Source of the DNA: Candidatus Gastranaerophilales bacterium | GTDB lineage: Bacteria; Cyanobacteriota; Vampirovibrionia; Gastranaerophilales; Gastranaerophilaceae | Reading direction: 5' to 3' | Assembly (NCBI GenBank): GCA_944324845.1 | Contig: CALUXX010000002.1 | Span: 42,496 to 106,495 of the forward strand | DNA: 64,000 nucleotides | Shown here: one piece after another, positions 26,638 through 36,550 of the stretch | How positions within the stretch are numbered: position 1 is the first letter of the stretch | Layout: every line of letters begins with the position of its first letter | Program-made: the position numbers and the translations under genes | Notes under the pieces: model-generated | Database searches by the model: none | Told to the model about the DNA's origin: nothing | The model's input: the letters and a program-made list of their open reading frames with translations, nothing else

Positions 26638-26858
26638 ATTTCCAAGATATTTTTCATTGCGACAACATGTTCATAGCTTGCGCCGGCTTCTAAAATTTCT
26701 TCAGCATCAAGTCCAAACATAGTAATCAAATCATGTGCTTTATTAAGGTTATTGTCATTAAAATATTTTACAACGTTATTTATTGCATCTTCTCTAGAAA
26801 GACGTGTAATTTGATTATTTATTCCTTTTCTTAATATTCTGGTTTTTGATTTTCCCAT
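26634..26858 (-). CDS. Hypothetical 74-aa protein
   Basis: Its start and stop overlap both neighbours (1 nt with the upstream ROK gene, 4 nt with the downstream UbiA gene), which suggests translational coupling. No family recognised. Confidence 0.5.
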   Translation of the reverse strand: MGKSKTRILRKGINNQITRLSREDAINNVVKYFNDNNLNKAHDLITMFGLDAEEILEAGASYEHVVAMKNILEI

Positions 26859-27739
26859 TATTGTCCAACCTTTTGATTTAATGCCAACAAAGCAGCTCCA
26901 ATCATTCCTGCATAATTTCCGGCTTGGGCTTTTTTAACTTTTGTTGGTGTTGTTACGATTTGTGAATTTACATTTCGTTCTATTTTTTCGGTATCTGTAA
27001 ATTCAGCCATTGAACCTGATAATACAACACAATCAGGATCGAATAGATTTGCAAGACCAACGATTCCGTCTGTTATATCTTGTTGCCATTTGTCTAAAAT
27101 TTTAATCATTTCAGGATTATCTTCTTTTACTCCTTTAACAACATCGTAAGTTGTAACATTTTTATCGTTAAGCATTTCTTCAGCTGTTAATTTCAATCCG
27201 TTTCCTGATGCGTAAATTTCAAAGCAATCCCAGTTTCCGCAAGTACATTTTCTGCGTTTATCTGTGTTCATTTTAAAGTGCATTTCACCGGCCGCACCAT
27301 TTTGACCTTTTAAAAGTTTTCCGTTTATAATTATGCCTCCGCCAACACCTGTTCCCAATGTTAGCATAACTGATACGGCAGTATTTTTAGATGCTCCGAT
27401 TTTATATTCAGCCCAAGCTGCACAATTTGCATCATTTTCAACAAAGACAGGTTTTTTAGATAATTGTGCAAATTCTATTTTCGGATAATCTTTTGCAATA
27501 TTACCTGTAGAGCCGACAATTTTAGTGTTTTCATTGTTTACGGCACCACAAGTCGAAAATGCAATTACATCAACTTTGTCTTCATATTTTTCTATAATTG
27601 TTTTAAATAAATTTTTAATACTTTCAAAATCTTTTGGTGTTGGATTTTTTTCAATATCGCTTACTATTTCACCATCTGAATTTATTATTGCATTATAAAC
27701 TTTTGTCCCGCCAACATCGAAAGCAAGTGCCTGAGTCAT
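26858..27739 (-). CDS. ROK-family sugar kinase (glucokinase or N-acetylmannosamine kinase-like)
   Basis: FDVGGTK, GTGVGGGII and the zinc motif CTCGNWDCFEIYASG. Confidence 0.85.
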   Translation of the reverse strand: MTQALAFDVGGTKVYNAIINSDGEIVSDIEKNPTPKDFESIKNLFKTIIEKYEDKVDVIAFSTCGAVNNENTKIVGSTGNIAKDYPKIEFAQLSKKPVFVENDANCAAWAEYKIGASKNTAVSVMLTLGTGVGGGIIINGKLLKGQNGAAGEMHFKMNTDKRRKCTCGNWDCFEIYASGNGLKLTAEEMLNDKNVTTYDVVKGVKEDNPEMIKILDKWQQDITDGIVGLANLFDPDCVVLSGSMAEFTDTEKIERNVNSQIVTTPTKVKKAQAGNYAGMIGAALLALNQKVGQ

Positions 27740-27765
27740 TAAAGTAATCTCCTTTTATATTTTTC

Positions 27766-27990
27766 TTATTTTAATATATTGCAAAAACTATCTATTAGAT
27801 TTCTAATTGTAGAATTTTCTTTTTTTGATTTAGAAACAAATTTATCAGAAGTTAAATTTTTATCAACTAAAGAAGTAGTTTTTTGAGTTTCAAAACTTAA
27901 TTTTTCAGGATTAAATTCTCCTGAAAGAATTTTTATTAGATTTTGTGCTTTATCCTGTGTAGAAAGCACTTTTAACGGAAAAATTTTCAT
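27766..27990 (-). CDS. Hypothetical 74-aa protein
   Basis: Non-overlapping ORF between nanE and the ROK kinase gene on the same strand. No family recognised. Confidence 0.4.
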   Translation of the reverse strand: MKIFPLKVLSTQDKAQNLIKILSGEFNPEKLSFETQKTTSLVDKNLTSDKFVSKSKKENSTIRNLIDSFCNILK

Positions 27991-27994
27991 TTAA

Positions 27995-28687
27995 TTAACC
28001 CTTTCTGAATACAAAACGTTTAGTAATTAATTGCGGTCTGGTAATGGCAGAGCCTATAACAACACAGTGAGCACCAAGAGCAAAAGCTCTATCAACTTGA
28101 GCAGGTGTCCAAATCCTACCTTCTAAAACGACAGGTAATGAAGTTTGCTCAACAAGATTTTTCAACAATTCAAAATCAGGCTCATTAGCAGGAGAATCAA
28201 GCGATTCCATCGTGTATCCAGCAAGTGTTGTTGATAAAATATCAGCACCATATTCTTGTGCTTTAATTCCTTCTTCAACTGTTGAAATATCAGCCATTGC
28301 CAGTTTTTTATTTATATGAATATATTTTATTAAATCTTCAAGTTTTTCATTTTCAGGACGTTTTCTTTGAGTTCCGTCAGTTGCAATAATATCTGCACCG
28401 GCTTCTGCAAGACTGATAACATCTTTAATTGTAGGTGTAATATAGACAATTTCTTTCCAATTTTTAGGAATTACATTAGGTTTAGTAAGTCCTATAACAG
28501 GAAGGTCAAAGTTCTTTTTAGCGTTTTTAACATCTCTGACACCTGCAACACGCAGACCTCCGGCTCCGCCATTAACGACAGATTTCATCATTGCAAGCAT
28601 GCAATCTTCCTTGTAAAGAGGCTCAGAAGGCATTGCCTGAACAGAAACTACGATTACTCCTTTTAAACTGTTTAAAATGTTTTTCAT
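27995..28687 (-). CDS. nanE: N-acetylmannosamine-6-phosphate 2-epimerase
   Basis: 230 aa. Contains VVSVQAMPSEPLYKEDCMLAMMKSVVNGGAGGLRV and C-terminal VVLEGRIWTPAQVDRAFALGAHCVVIGSAITRPQ, which is the NanE pattern. Confidence 0.8.
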   Translation of the reverse strand: MKNILNSLKGVIVVSVQAMPSEPLYKEDCMLAMMKSVVNGGAGGLRVAGVRDVKNAKKNFDLPVIGLTKPNVIPKNWKEIVYITPTIKDVISLAEAGADIIATDGTQRKRPENEKLEDLIKYIHINKKLAMADISTVEEGIKAQEYGADILSTTLAGYTMESLDSPANEPDFELLKNLVEQTSLPVVLEGRIWTPAQVDRAFALGAHCVVIGSAITRPQLITKRFVFRKG

Positions 28688-28847
28688 ACCTCTATATTAT
28701 ATCTTAAAAATATCATAATGTCTTTATATATGTTAATTTCCGTGTTGTTTTGTAACGTTACCTTTATAATACGATATACTATTGTAAAATAGTGGTATTA
28801 TGTTATAGTATTTCAATAAATATAAATTTTTAAAATAAGGTGAAGTT

Positions 28848-30182
28848 ATGAAAAAAACATTGATAAAGTATCCGTTTTTAACAAGAGAAGTCGAAATATA
28901 TGAACGAGAAAACGGACATAAAATAGTATTGGCACATAAAGAAGGAATGATGGTAAATGTGTCATCTTGGGTTAAGACAGGTTCAATAAATGAAAATGAT
29001 GAAAATAACGGGATATCACATTTTTTAGAGCATTTAATGTTTAAAGGTACCCACAAATATAAGGTGGGTGAATTTGACAGAATGTTAGAATCAAAAGGTG
29101 CGATTGTTAATGCTGCAACTTGGAAAGATTATACATTCTATTATGTAACTTTACCAAAGGGTATTGATAATAAGGATTTCAAATTAGCAATAGATTTACA
29201 TGCAGATATGATGATGGATCCGGTTTTTCCTGCAGAAGAGCTGGGAGCACCATTTGATGTAAATGATAGTACGGTAACAGACAAAAGGGAACGTCACGTA
29301 GTAATAGAAGAAATAAGAATGCGTAAAGATCAACCTTGGACAAAGGTTTACAATCAATGTAATAAAAATATGTATCATTCGCACCCATATAAGCGTGATG
29401 TAATTGGAACTCCCGAAATTATTTCGCAATTAACAAGAGAAGATATAGACAGGTATTATAGAACTTATTACACACCTGAAAATATGACAACTATTATAGT
29501 CGGCGATTTTGATCATGAGGAAGTATTAAATACGATATGTGAAAAATTCGATTTTCCAAATCGTTTAACATCTCCAAAAGTTGAGCATATACCTGACAAA
29601 CCTGTAGCAGGTACAAAATATGTAGAATCTAGTGCAAATGTTGGAACCTCATACTTAATGTTTGGATGGTTAGGCCCAAAGGCTTACGAATTAAAAGAAA
29701 GTATATGTTTGGATTTAATAAGTTTAATATTTGGAGATGGCTCAAGTTCAAGATTACAACAGAACTTGATAGAAAAACTTCCTGAAAAAATCTTCAATAT
29801 AGTTGGAACAGAACATTATCAATTCAAAGATGGAAATAATTTCTTTATACAAGCAAATTTCTCATCAGAAGCAAAAGATAGAGCGATTGAACTTATTAAA
29901 AACGAACTTGCGAATTTGTTAGATAATAGAATAACGGAAGAAGAATTATTAAAAGCAAAGAAACGTACAAAATCAAGATTTGCGTATGCTGCAGAAACCG
30001 TATCAGAAATTGGCGAAACAATCGGTTATCATATGACCGTATGTAATGATTTGAAATTGATAGAAGATTACTTGAAAGATTTAGAAGATATAACAGTAGA
30101 AGATTTAGAAAATGTTATAAGAAAATATCTATCAATTGATAATGCAGTAATTTCTGTATTAGTTCCGGAGGAAGCAAAGTAA
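28848..30182 (+). CDS. M16-family zinc peptidase (pitrilysin-like)
   Basis: Inverted zinc motif HFLEHLMFKGT (HxxEH) and the downstream EE..R region. Confidence 0.85.
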   Translation: MKKTLIKYPFLTREVEIYERENGHKIVLAHKEGMMVNVSSWVKTGSINENDENNGISHFLEHLMFKGTHKYKVGEFDRMLESKGAIVNAATWKDYTFYYVTLPKGIDNKDFKLAIDLHADMMMDPVFPAEELGAPFDVNDSTVTDKRERHVVIEEIRMRKDQPWTKVYNQCNKNMYHSHPYKRDVIGTPEIISQLTREDIDRYYRTYYTPENMTTIIVGDFDHEEVLNTICEKFDFPNRLTSPKVEHIPDKPVAGTKYVESSANVGTSYLMFGWLGPKAYELKESICLDLISLIFGDGSSSRLQQNLIEKLPEKIFNIVGTEHYQFKDGNNFFIQANFSSEAKDRAIELIKNELANLLDNRITEEELLKAKKRTKSRFAYAAETVSEIGETIGYHMTVCNDLKLIEDYLKDLEDITVEDLENVIRKYLSIDNAVISVLVPEEAK

Positions 30183-30772
30183 TGGAAACAGAGTATGACA
30201 AGGCATTATCACAAATAAGAGAAAAATGTTTGACTTGTCAAAAATGTTCGTTATGCAAAACCAGAACAAATACGGTATTTTCAGGCGGTGTTCCAAATTC
30301 AAAATTAATGTTGATAGGCGAAGCTCCAGGGTATTATGAAGATATGCAAGGAGAACCTTTTGTTGGAAAAGCCGGACAGTTGTTAGATAAAATTCTTGGA
30401 TGTGTTGGCTTTTCACGCAGGGAGAATATTTATATTTGTAATACTTTAAAATGTCGTCCGCCTGAAAATAGGGATCCTTTACCTGATGAGAAATTAGCTT
30501 GCTCAGAATATTTAGAAGCGCAGGTAAAAATATTGCAGCCGCGAATAATTCTTTTATGCGGTCGAGTTGCCGTAAATTCATTTCTGGATACAAAATTAGG
30601 AATAACAAAATTAAGAGGCAAGTGGTTTGAAGGCCCTTATTATTCAAAAATGATGCCAATATTTCATCCTTCATATTTGTTAAGGAATGACAGCAGAGAA
30701 AAGGGTTCTCCAAAATGGTTGATGTGGCAGGATATAAAAGAAGTTCGACGAGTTTATGATCAGTTGAATTGA
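30182..30772 (+). CDS. Uracil-DNA glycosylase, family 4
   Basis: N-terminal Cys cluster CLTCQKCSLC, then GEAPGYYEDMQGEPFVGKAG, then HPSYLLRN. The start overlaps the M16 stop by 1 nt. Confidence 0.85.
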   Translation: METEYDKALSQIREKCLTCQKCSLCKTRTNTVFSGGVPNSKLMLIGEAPGYYEDMQGEPFVGKAGQLLDKILGCVGFSRRENIYICNTLKCRPPENRDPLPDEKLACSEYLEAQVKILQPRIILLCGRVAVNSFLDTKLGITKLRGKWFEGPYYSKMMPIFHPSYLLRNDSREKGSPKWLMWQDIKEVRRVYDQLN

Positions 30773-30874
30773 TTTTTGTCTGGATTATTTAATTATTGTT
30801 TATATATTCCTAAAATATATTCTTGTATTTTGATATTGTGCGTACGATAATAATAGTGTAGGAAAGGATATGAC

Positions 30875-31510
30875 ATGTCTAATATTCTTGTTTATACACT
30901 GGAAAGTAAAATATATATAAACCTTACAAATCGTTGTACAAATGATTGTATCTTCTGTTTGAGAAAAGATAAAGATGATGTATGTGGTCAGAAATTGTGG
31001 CTGGATAGTGAAGATTTTTCAGCAGAAGAGGTTATTGAGCAATTTGAAAAAATTCTTCATACTCAATCAAATGGCGAATATAAAAATGAGGTAGTTTTTT
31101 GCGGGTATGGAGAGCCTTTGTTAAAATTTGAAATTTTAAAAACTGTAGCGAAATATATTAAAGACAAATACCCTGATACAAAAATAAGAATAAATACCAA
31201 CGGACATGCAAATTATGTTTACAAAAGGAATATAGTTCCTGAATTGGTAGGACTTATAGATGAAATATCAGTAAGTTTAAACGGTTCAAGTGCTGAGGAG
31301 TATAACGAACTTTCGCAACCGAAATTTGAAAATGCTTATGACGAAGTTAAAAAATTTATAAAAAGTTGTATTGAATCAAAAATTCATACAGTTGCATCCG
31401 TGGTTGACGGTTATAAAGGAAAACGTCTTGATATATTAACTTGTACAAAAATAGCGAAAGATTTGGGCGCAGATTTAAGGGTTAGAGAGTGGATTGTAAA
31501 CGGATACTAA
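30875..31510 (+). CDS. Small radical SAM protein (TatD-associated-type)
   Basis: NLTNRCTNDCIFC (CxxxCxxC) at the N-terminus and a GYGEPLL motif, about 210 aa. The subfamily assignment is from memory of that family's size and motifs. Confidence 0.65.
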   Translation: MSNILVYTLESKIYINLTNRCTNDCIFCLRKDKDDVCGQKLWLDSEDFSAEEVIEQFEKILHTQSNGEYKNEVVFCGYGEPLLKFEILKTVAKYIKDKYPDTKIRINTNGHANYVYKRNIVPELVGLIDEISVSLNGSSAEEYNELSQPKFENAYDEVKKFIKSCIESKIHTVASVVDGYKGKRLDILTCTKIAKDLGADLRVREWIVNGY

Positions 31511-31529
31511 AAAATAAAAGGAGTAAATA

Positions 31530-31970
31530 ATGCAAATACCGGCAATTTCAGCAACACAGTCGAATAACCAAAATTTTCAAGGTAAGGTAAATATAGTTAA
31601 TGACTTGAGTTATTTACCTTGTAAATATGTAAGAACTGCTTATGATTCAATATCTAAAATGGTAGAAGATAAACCGTTTGATATCTTTATCAAACAAAAC
31701 CATAAAGAAAAGTCATTAAGTTTTATAGCAAAACGTCCTGAACATGTTGGACTAAAAAATAAGCCGATAGTTGAGTATTCTATAGCAAATGCTTCAGAAA
31801 TGGATAATCAAGAAAAGACAACAGATTTGTATATTTCGGTAGCAAAACAATCTATAGAAGATTACAATAAAAAATTTCCACCAAAGACTATCGGAGAGAG
31901 AATAGCAGATTCTTTAGATAATTTCAGAAAGAAATTTGTAAAACTATTCCAAGATAGCGACGAAATATAA
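31530..31970 (+). CDS. Hypothetical protein
   Basis: A strong AAGGAG ribosome binding site lies upstream. The N-terminus MQIPAISATQSNNQNFQGK resembles that of several other hypothetical proteins in the window. Confidence 0.55.
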   Translation: MQIPAISATQSNNQNFQGKVNIVNDLSYLPCKYVRTAYDSISKMVEDKPFDIFIKQNHKEKSLSFIAKRPEHVGLKNKPIVEYSIANASEMDNQEKTTDLYISVAKQSIEDYNKKFPPKTIGERIADSLDNFRKKFVKLFQDSDEI

Positions 31971-32010
31971 AATAAATATAATCATGTAATTTAAGAGGAA
32001 AGGAAAAAAC

Positions 32011-34170
32011 ATGAACATTTTAGACAAAATTATGAAACCAAAGTCAATCGCGGTTATTGGTGCATCAACAAAAGAGCACACAATCGGTTCTGACATTATG
32101 AAAAGATTACAAGAGTATGATTTTAATGGAAAAATATACCCTGTAAACCCAAAAGGTGGTATTATTGAAGGTTTACAAGCATATACAACAGTAAATGAAA
32201 TTCCTGGCGAAGTAGATTTAGCAATTATTGTAGTAAATGCTAAATTTGTATTAAATACAATAGATCAATGTCACGAAAAGGGAATAAAAGGCTTATGTAT
32301 AATTACAGCAGGTTTTAAAGAAACCGGTAAAGAAGGTGCAGAACTTGAAAAACAATTACTTGAAAAAGTAAGAGAATACGGTATGAGATGTGTAGGACCT
32401 AACTGTTTAGGTGTTGTAAATACTCACCCTGAAATCCGTATGGATGGATGTTTTGCTGAAAGTCTTCCTGAACGTGGTAATATTGGTTTTGTATCACAAT
32501 CAGGTGCATTAGGTGGCGGTATTTTAAATATTTTAAAAGACTTAAACTTAGGTTTTGCACAATTCATCTCAATCGGAAACCAAGCAGATGTTAATGCCGA
32601 AACAGCATTAGAATATTGGGAAGATGAAGCAGATGTTGAACAAATTCTACTTTATATGGAATCAATTCAAAATCCTGCAAACTTCAGAAAATTAGCATCA
32701 AGAATATCAAAGAAAAAACCAATCCTAGCATTAAAAGCAGGTCGTTCAGCAGCAGGTGCATCAGCAGCATCATCACACACAGGATCATTAGCAGGTGCAG
32801 ACAAAGCAGCTAACGCATTGTTAGGACAATCAGGTGTAATAAGAGAATATTCATTGAAAGATTTATTTGCAACAGCAAAAGTATTTGCAAATTGTCCAAT
32901 ACCAAAAGGTGACAGAGTAGCAATTATTACAAACTCAGGCGGACCTGGAATTATGGCAACAGATGCTGTATGTGAACACGGAATGCAAATGGCTAAAATT
33001 ACAGATGAAACAAAAGAAAAACTAAGAAGCTTCTTACCATCAGCAGCATCTGTAAAAAACCCTATTGATATGATTGCATCAGCACCTATTGAACACTACA
33101 AGCAAACATTAGAAACAGTAATAGCTGATCCTAACGTAGATATGATTATTACAATATATCTACCATTCTTAGGATTAAAAGATATTGATGTTGCGAAAGC
33201 ATTAATGGAAATCAAAGCAGCAAATCCTCAAAAACCTGTAATAGGTGTATTTATGACAAAGAGTGAATTCTTTGCAAAATTATCAGATATGGATGTAAAT
33301 ATGCCATTCTTTATGTATGCAGAAGAAGCAGCAGACGGTTTGAACAGATTAAATCAACAAAGATTATGGATGGAAAGACCAGAAGGCAGAATCCCTGTAT
33401 TTGATGTAGATAGAGAAAAAGCAAAGAAAATTATCAGACAGTCACTATCAGAAAATCGTGCACAATTAACAACACGTGAATCAATCGATGTATTAGATGC
33501 ATACGGAATCAGAGTATGTAAATCAGGATTTGCAACAACAGAAGAAGAAGCAATAACAATCGGAAATTCAATCGGATATCCGGTAGTAATGAAAATGACA
33601 TCAAAAACAACATCACACAAAACAGATGTTGGCGGTGTAAGAGTAAACATTCAATCTGAAGCACAATTAAGAGCAGAATATCAAGATTTAATCGCAAAAT
33701 TAACAGAAAAAGGATTAATCGATGGTCTTGAAGGTGTAATCATTCAAGAAATGGTTAAAGGTAACAGAGAAATGGTATGCGGTATCGCAACAGATCCTCA
33801 ATACGGACCAATGATGATGTTCGGCTTAGGTGGTGTATTTATTGAAGTTATGAAAGATGTAACTTTCAGAATTGCTCCACTAACTGATATTGATGCAAAA
33901 GAAATGATTAAATCAGTAAAAGCATACAAATTATTAGAAGGTGCAAGAGGTACAACACCTGCACAAATGGATCAAATTGAAGAAACTTTATTAAGATTAT
34001 CTCAATTAGTTCACGACTTCAGCTTCATTGATGAGTTAGATATTAACCCATTGTTGATTTCTGAAAAAACAGGTGAAGGTATAGCAGTTGACGGACGTAT
34101 TAAAGTTCGTTTAGAAGAAGCAAAAAGTGCATTAGCTTGTGAATGCGGCTCTTGCTCTTGCTGTCACTAA
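32011..34170 (+). CDS. ADP-forming acetyl-CoA synthetase (fused alpha/beta, NDP-forming acyl-CoA synthetase family)
   Basis: CoA-binding N-terminus SIAVIGAS, then GPNCLGV, SQSGAL and the phosphohistidine region SSHTGSLAG. A C-terminal ATP-grasp domain is present (GYPVVMKMTS...HKTDVGGV). It has an unusual tail, LACECGSCSCCH. Confidence 0.85.
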   Translation: MNILDKIMKPKSIAVIGASTKEHTIGSDIMKRLQEYDFNGKIYPVNPKGGIIEGLQAYTTVNEIPGEVDLAIIVVNAKFVLNTIDQCHEKGIKGLCIITAGFKETGKEGAELEKQLLEKVREYGMRCVGPNCLGVVNTHPEIRMDGCFAESLPERGNIGFVSQSGALGGGILNILKDLNLGFAQFISIGNQADVNAETALEYWEDEADVEQILLYMESIQNPANFRKLASRISKKKPILALKAGRSAAGASAASSHTGSLAGADKAANALLGQSGVIREYSLKDLFATAKVFANCPIPKGDRVAIITNSGGPGIMATDAVCEHGMQMAKITDETKEKLRSFLPSAASVKNPIDMIASAPIEHYKQTLETVIADPNVDMIITIYLPFLGLKDIDVAKALMEIKAANPQKPVIGVFMTKSEFFAKLSDMDVNMPFFMYAEEAADGLNRLNQQRLWMERPEGRIPVFDVDREKAKKIIRQSLSENRAQLTTRESIDVLDAYGIRVCKSGFATTEEEAITIGNSIGYPVVMKMTSKTTSHKTDVGGVRVNIQSEAQLRAEYQDLIAKLTEKGLIDGLEGVIIQEMVKGNREMVCGIATDPQYGPMMMFGLGGVFIEVMKDVTFRIAPLTDIDAKEMIKSVKAYKLLEGARGTTPAQMDQIEETLLRLSQLVHDFSFIDELDINPLLISEKTGEGIAVDGRIKVRLEEAKSALACECGSCSCCH

Positions 34171-34187
34171 TAATTAAAAAATATATT

Positions 34188-34224
34188 AAACGCGGGACAT
34201 TGTTTTCAATGTCCCGCGTTTTTG
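34188..34224 (+). terminator. Rho-independent terminator
   Basis: AAACGCGGGACAT (34188-34200) pairs with ATGTCCCGCGTTT (34209-34221), a 13-bp stem, followed by a T run. Confidence 0.85.
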
Positions 34225-34231
34225 TGTTATA

Positions 34232-34543
34232 ATGAAGTATACAAAAGAGAAAACCAATATGAAACTTACAAAAATTATTAACGCAGCAATTTATGCAACA
34301 AAAGATAGAAAATTCATATCACAAAATGCTCAAAGACATTTACCGGACAGTATAGATCAAAATTATTATAATATAATGGTAAAAAAAACAGGTGCCCCAA
34401 CCGATAATACTATGGAAAGTATGAAAAGTTGGTACAAGGCATATAAAAACCATATGGAAAGACAAAATTTTGTCGATTCTATTAATAATTCATTTAAAAG
34501 GAAGAATATTATTTCTACCATTATAGACAAAATTTTTAATTGA
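34232..34543 (+). CDS. Hypothetical small protein
   Basis: 103-aa ORF, with an alternative start at 34259. It contains an A8 run at about 34381-34388. No family recognised. Confidence 0.35.
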   Translation: MKYTKEKTNMKLTKIINAAIYATKDRKFISQNAQRHLPDSIDQNYYNIMVKKTGAPTDNTMESMKSWYKAYKNHMERQNFVDSINNSFKRKNIISTIIDKIFN

Positions 34544-34663
34544 AATATTAGTAATTTTGATGATATTAGCAGATATAAAATAATCTCTGATAAGGGGGTT
34601 ACTTTTTTGTGAAAAATGGGTTAATATATTAATAGAGTAATACATTTTTGAAAACGGAAAAAC

Positions 34664-35470
34664 ATGAAATCAGCAAAAGAACTGGCAACAGAAGCAAAAA
34701 TTGAAGGCAGGCTGAAAGATCGCCCCGAATGTTTAGAACTTGTGAGATATTTATTTGCAGATGAAGAATTGCAGGAGATGCAAGAATACGCAAATAATGT
34801 ATCAATAAGGCGCCTTGGTTATAATGACCATGGTCCTGTTCATATGCGTCAAGTTGTAGGCAACGGAATAAAAATGTTGAACATATTGCATGATTTTGGC
34901 ATTAAAACTTCATTAGAACAAGAAGAAATAGGTACTTTTGAAGATAGTATGTGTGCCGTAATTTTAGCTGGATTGATGCACGATTTAGGAATGGCAGTAG
35001 GTCGTCAAGGACATGAAGAAATGTCAGCATTACTTTGCCAACCGATTATTGAACGAGCATTGATGCATATTTTCCCTAATGATTTACATAGAAGAGTGAT
35101 TATTAAATCCGTAGCGACAGAAGCGATAATAGGTCATATGGGTTCCAGAAAAATTCATTCAACAGAAGCAGGAATTATATTAATTGCTGATGGTTGTGAT
35201 ATGACAAAAGGTAGAGCAAGAATTCCAATGTCAATAAATACAACACCTAAAGTTGGTGATATTCATAAATATTCAGCTCACGCAATAGAGCGTATCAGTA
35301 TTAAGCACGGAGAAAGACGTCCGATTAGAATTACTGTTGAAATGTCCGGTGATGTTGGATTTTTCCAAATAGAAGAAGTTTTATTACAAAAAATTGATGC
35401 AAGTCCTGCAAAGCAATTTGTAGAATTATATGCCGGTGTAACAGGCGAAGAACGTAAGTGTTATTTATAA
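34664..35470 (+). CDS. HD-domain phosphohydrolase
   Basis: HGPVHMRQV and GLMHDLGM (the H...HD motif). Confidence 0.7.
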   Translation: MKSAKELATEAKIEGRLKDRPECLELVRYLFADEELQEMQEYANNVSIRRLGYNDHGPVHMRQVVGNGIKMLNILHDFGIKTSLEQEEIGTFEDSMCAVILAGLMHDLGMAVGRQGHEEMSALLCQPIIERALMHIFPNDLHRRVIIKSVATEAIIGHMGSRKIHSTEAGIILIADGCDMTKGRARIPMSINTTPKVGDIHKYSAHAIERISIKHGERRPIRITVEMSGDVGFFQIEEVLLQKIDASPAKQFVELYAGVTGEERKCYL

Positions 35471-36441
35471 ACTGTTTCTGTATTTTGATTTTGCATTGTT
35501 GTATTTAGCGTTTCTTTTTCTTCCAAATCTCGTGTTTGTTGAGGTGGAAGTTTAGGATGTCCTTTAGTTTGTGATAAAATTACAGCGCTAATCATAAATA
35601 CGCAGCCGATAATTTCTTTTAGTGTCATTGATTCGTGCAAAATGGTACACCCGCCTAAAACAGCAAAAACAGATTCAAGACAAAGAATAAGAGATGCGAC
35701 AGTAGGTTGAGTATATTTTTGTCCAAAAATTTGTAATGTATAAGCAACTCCACAGGTCAAAACTCCTGCATAAAGTATTGGAACATATCCTGCCATAAAA
35801 TTGTTTAATGTTGGTTCTTCAAAGATTAACATTAATGGGAGCGATAAAATTCCTACCACAAAAAATTGCACACAAGAGATTTTTGTTGCATTAACTTTTC
35901 CAGAGAAATGATTAACAACAAGGATATGAACACCGTAGAAAAAAGCTCCTATTAAGAGCATTAAATCGTAGAAGGAAAAACCTCCGCTATCGGGTTTGAA
36001 ACAAAGTAAATATAACCCAAGTAAAGCAATTCCGACACTAATTTTTACAATTTTTGTTAGTTTTTGTCCAAAAATCATAGAAATAAGCGGAACATATATA
36101 ATATAAAGTGAAGATATAAATCCTGCTTTACCTGCACTTGCACCAAGCATACAATATTGTTGAATAGACATAGCCGTAAATAAAGCAGCCCCGCAAGATA
36201 AACCGGCTTTGGCAAGATTTACATGTTGCTCGTGTTTAATTTCTTTTGTTCTTGTATCTTTTTGTATTATTTTTGCAATGGATATAACAGGTAGAAGACT
36301 TAATCCGCCTAAAATGCTTCTTATAAAATTAAAACTAAAAGGTCCGACATAATCCATTCCAGCCTTTTGAGCAACAAAAGATAGCCCCCAAATAAGTGCA
36401 GTCAAAAATAGTGCTATGTTTGAAAGTATTTTTTTGTTCAT
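35461..36441 (-). CDS. EamA/DMT-family transporter
   Basis: Ten predicted transmembrane helices in two EamA-like halves. The 3' end overlaps the convergent HD gene by 10 nt. Confidence 0.75.
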   Translation of the reverse strand: MNKKILSNIALFLTALIWGLSFVAQKAGMDYVGPFSFNFIRSILGGLSLLPVISIAKIIQKDTRTKEIKHEQHVNLAKAGLSCGAALFTAMSIQQYCMLGASAGKAGFISSLYIIYVPLISMIFGQKLTKIVKISVGIALLGLYLLCFKPDSGGFSFYDLMLLIGAFFYGVHILVVNHFSGKVNATKISCVQFFVVGILSLPLMLIFEEPTLNNFMAGYVPILYAGVLTCGVAYTLQIFGQKYTQPTVASLILCLESVFAVLGGCTILHESMTLKEIIGCVFMISAVILSQTKGHPKLPPQQTRDLEEKETLNTTMQNQNTETVYK

Positions 36442-36550
36442 TAAATCTTCCCTCTTTCCTTAATTATAAGTTTTCTTTAATTTATTGTCCACAAGTTTTT
36501 GATTTTATATTATAATGCACTTTATTAGAATAAAATATAAAGGATATAAT

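Noticed and set aside
28733-29056. A 107-aa minus-strand ORF spanning the nanE / M16 intergenic region.
   Set aside because: It overlaps the 5' end of the M16 peptidase gene and its ribosome binding site. It has no ribosome binding site or motifs of its own.
30159-30713. A 184-aa minus-strand ORF.
   Set aside because: It is antisense to the family-4 UDG gene, which has clear catalytic motifs. The product has no motifs.
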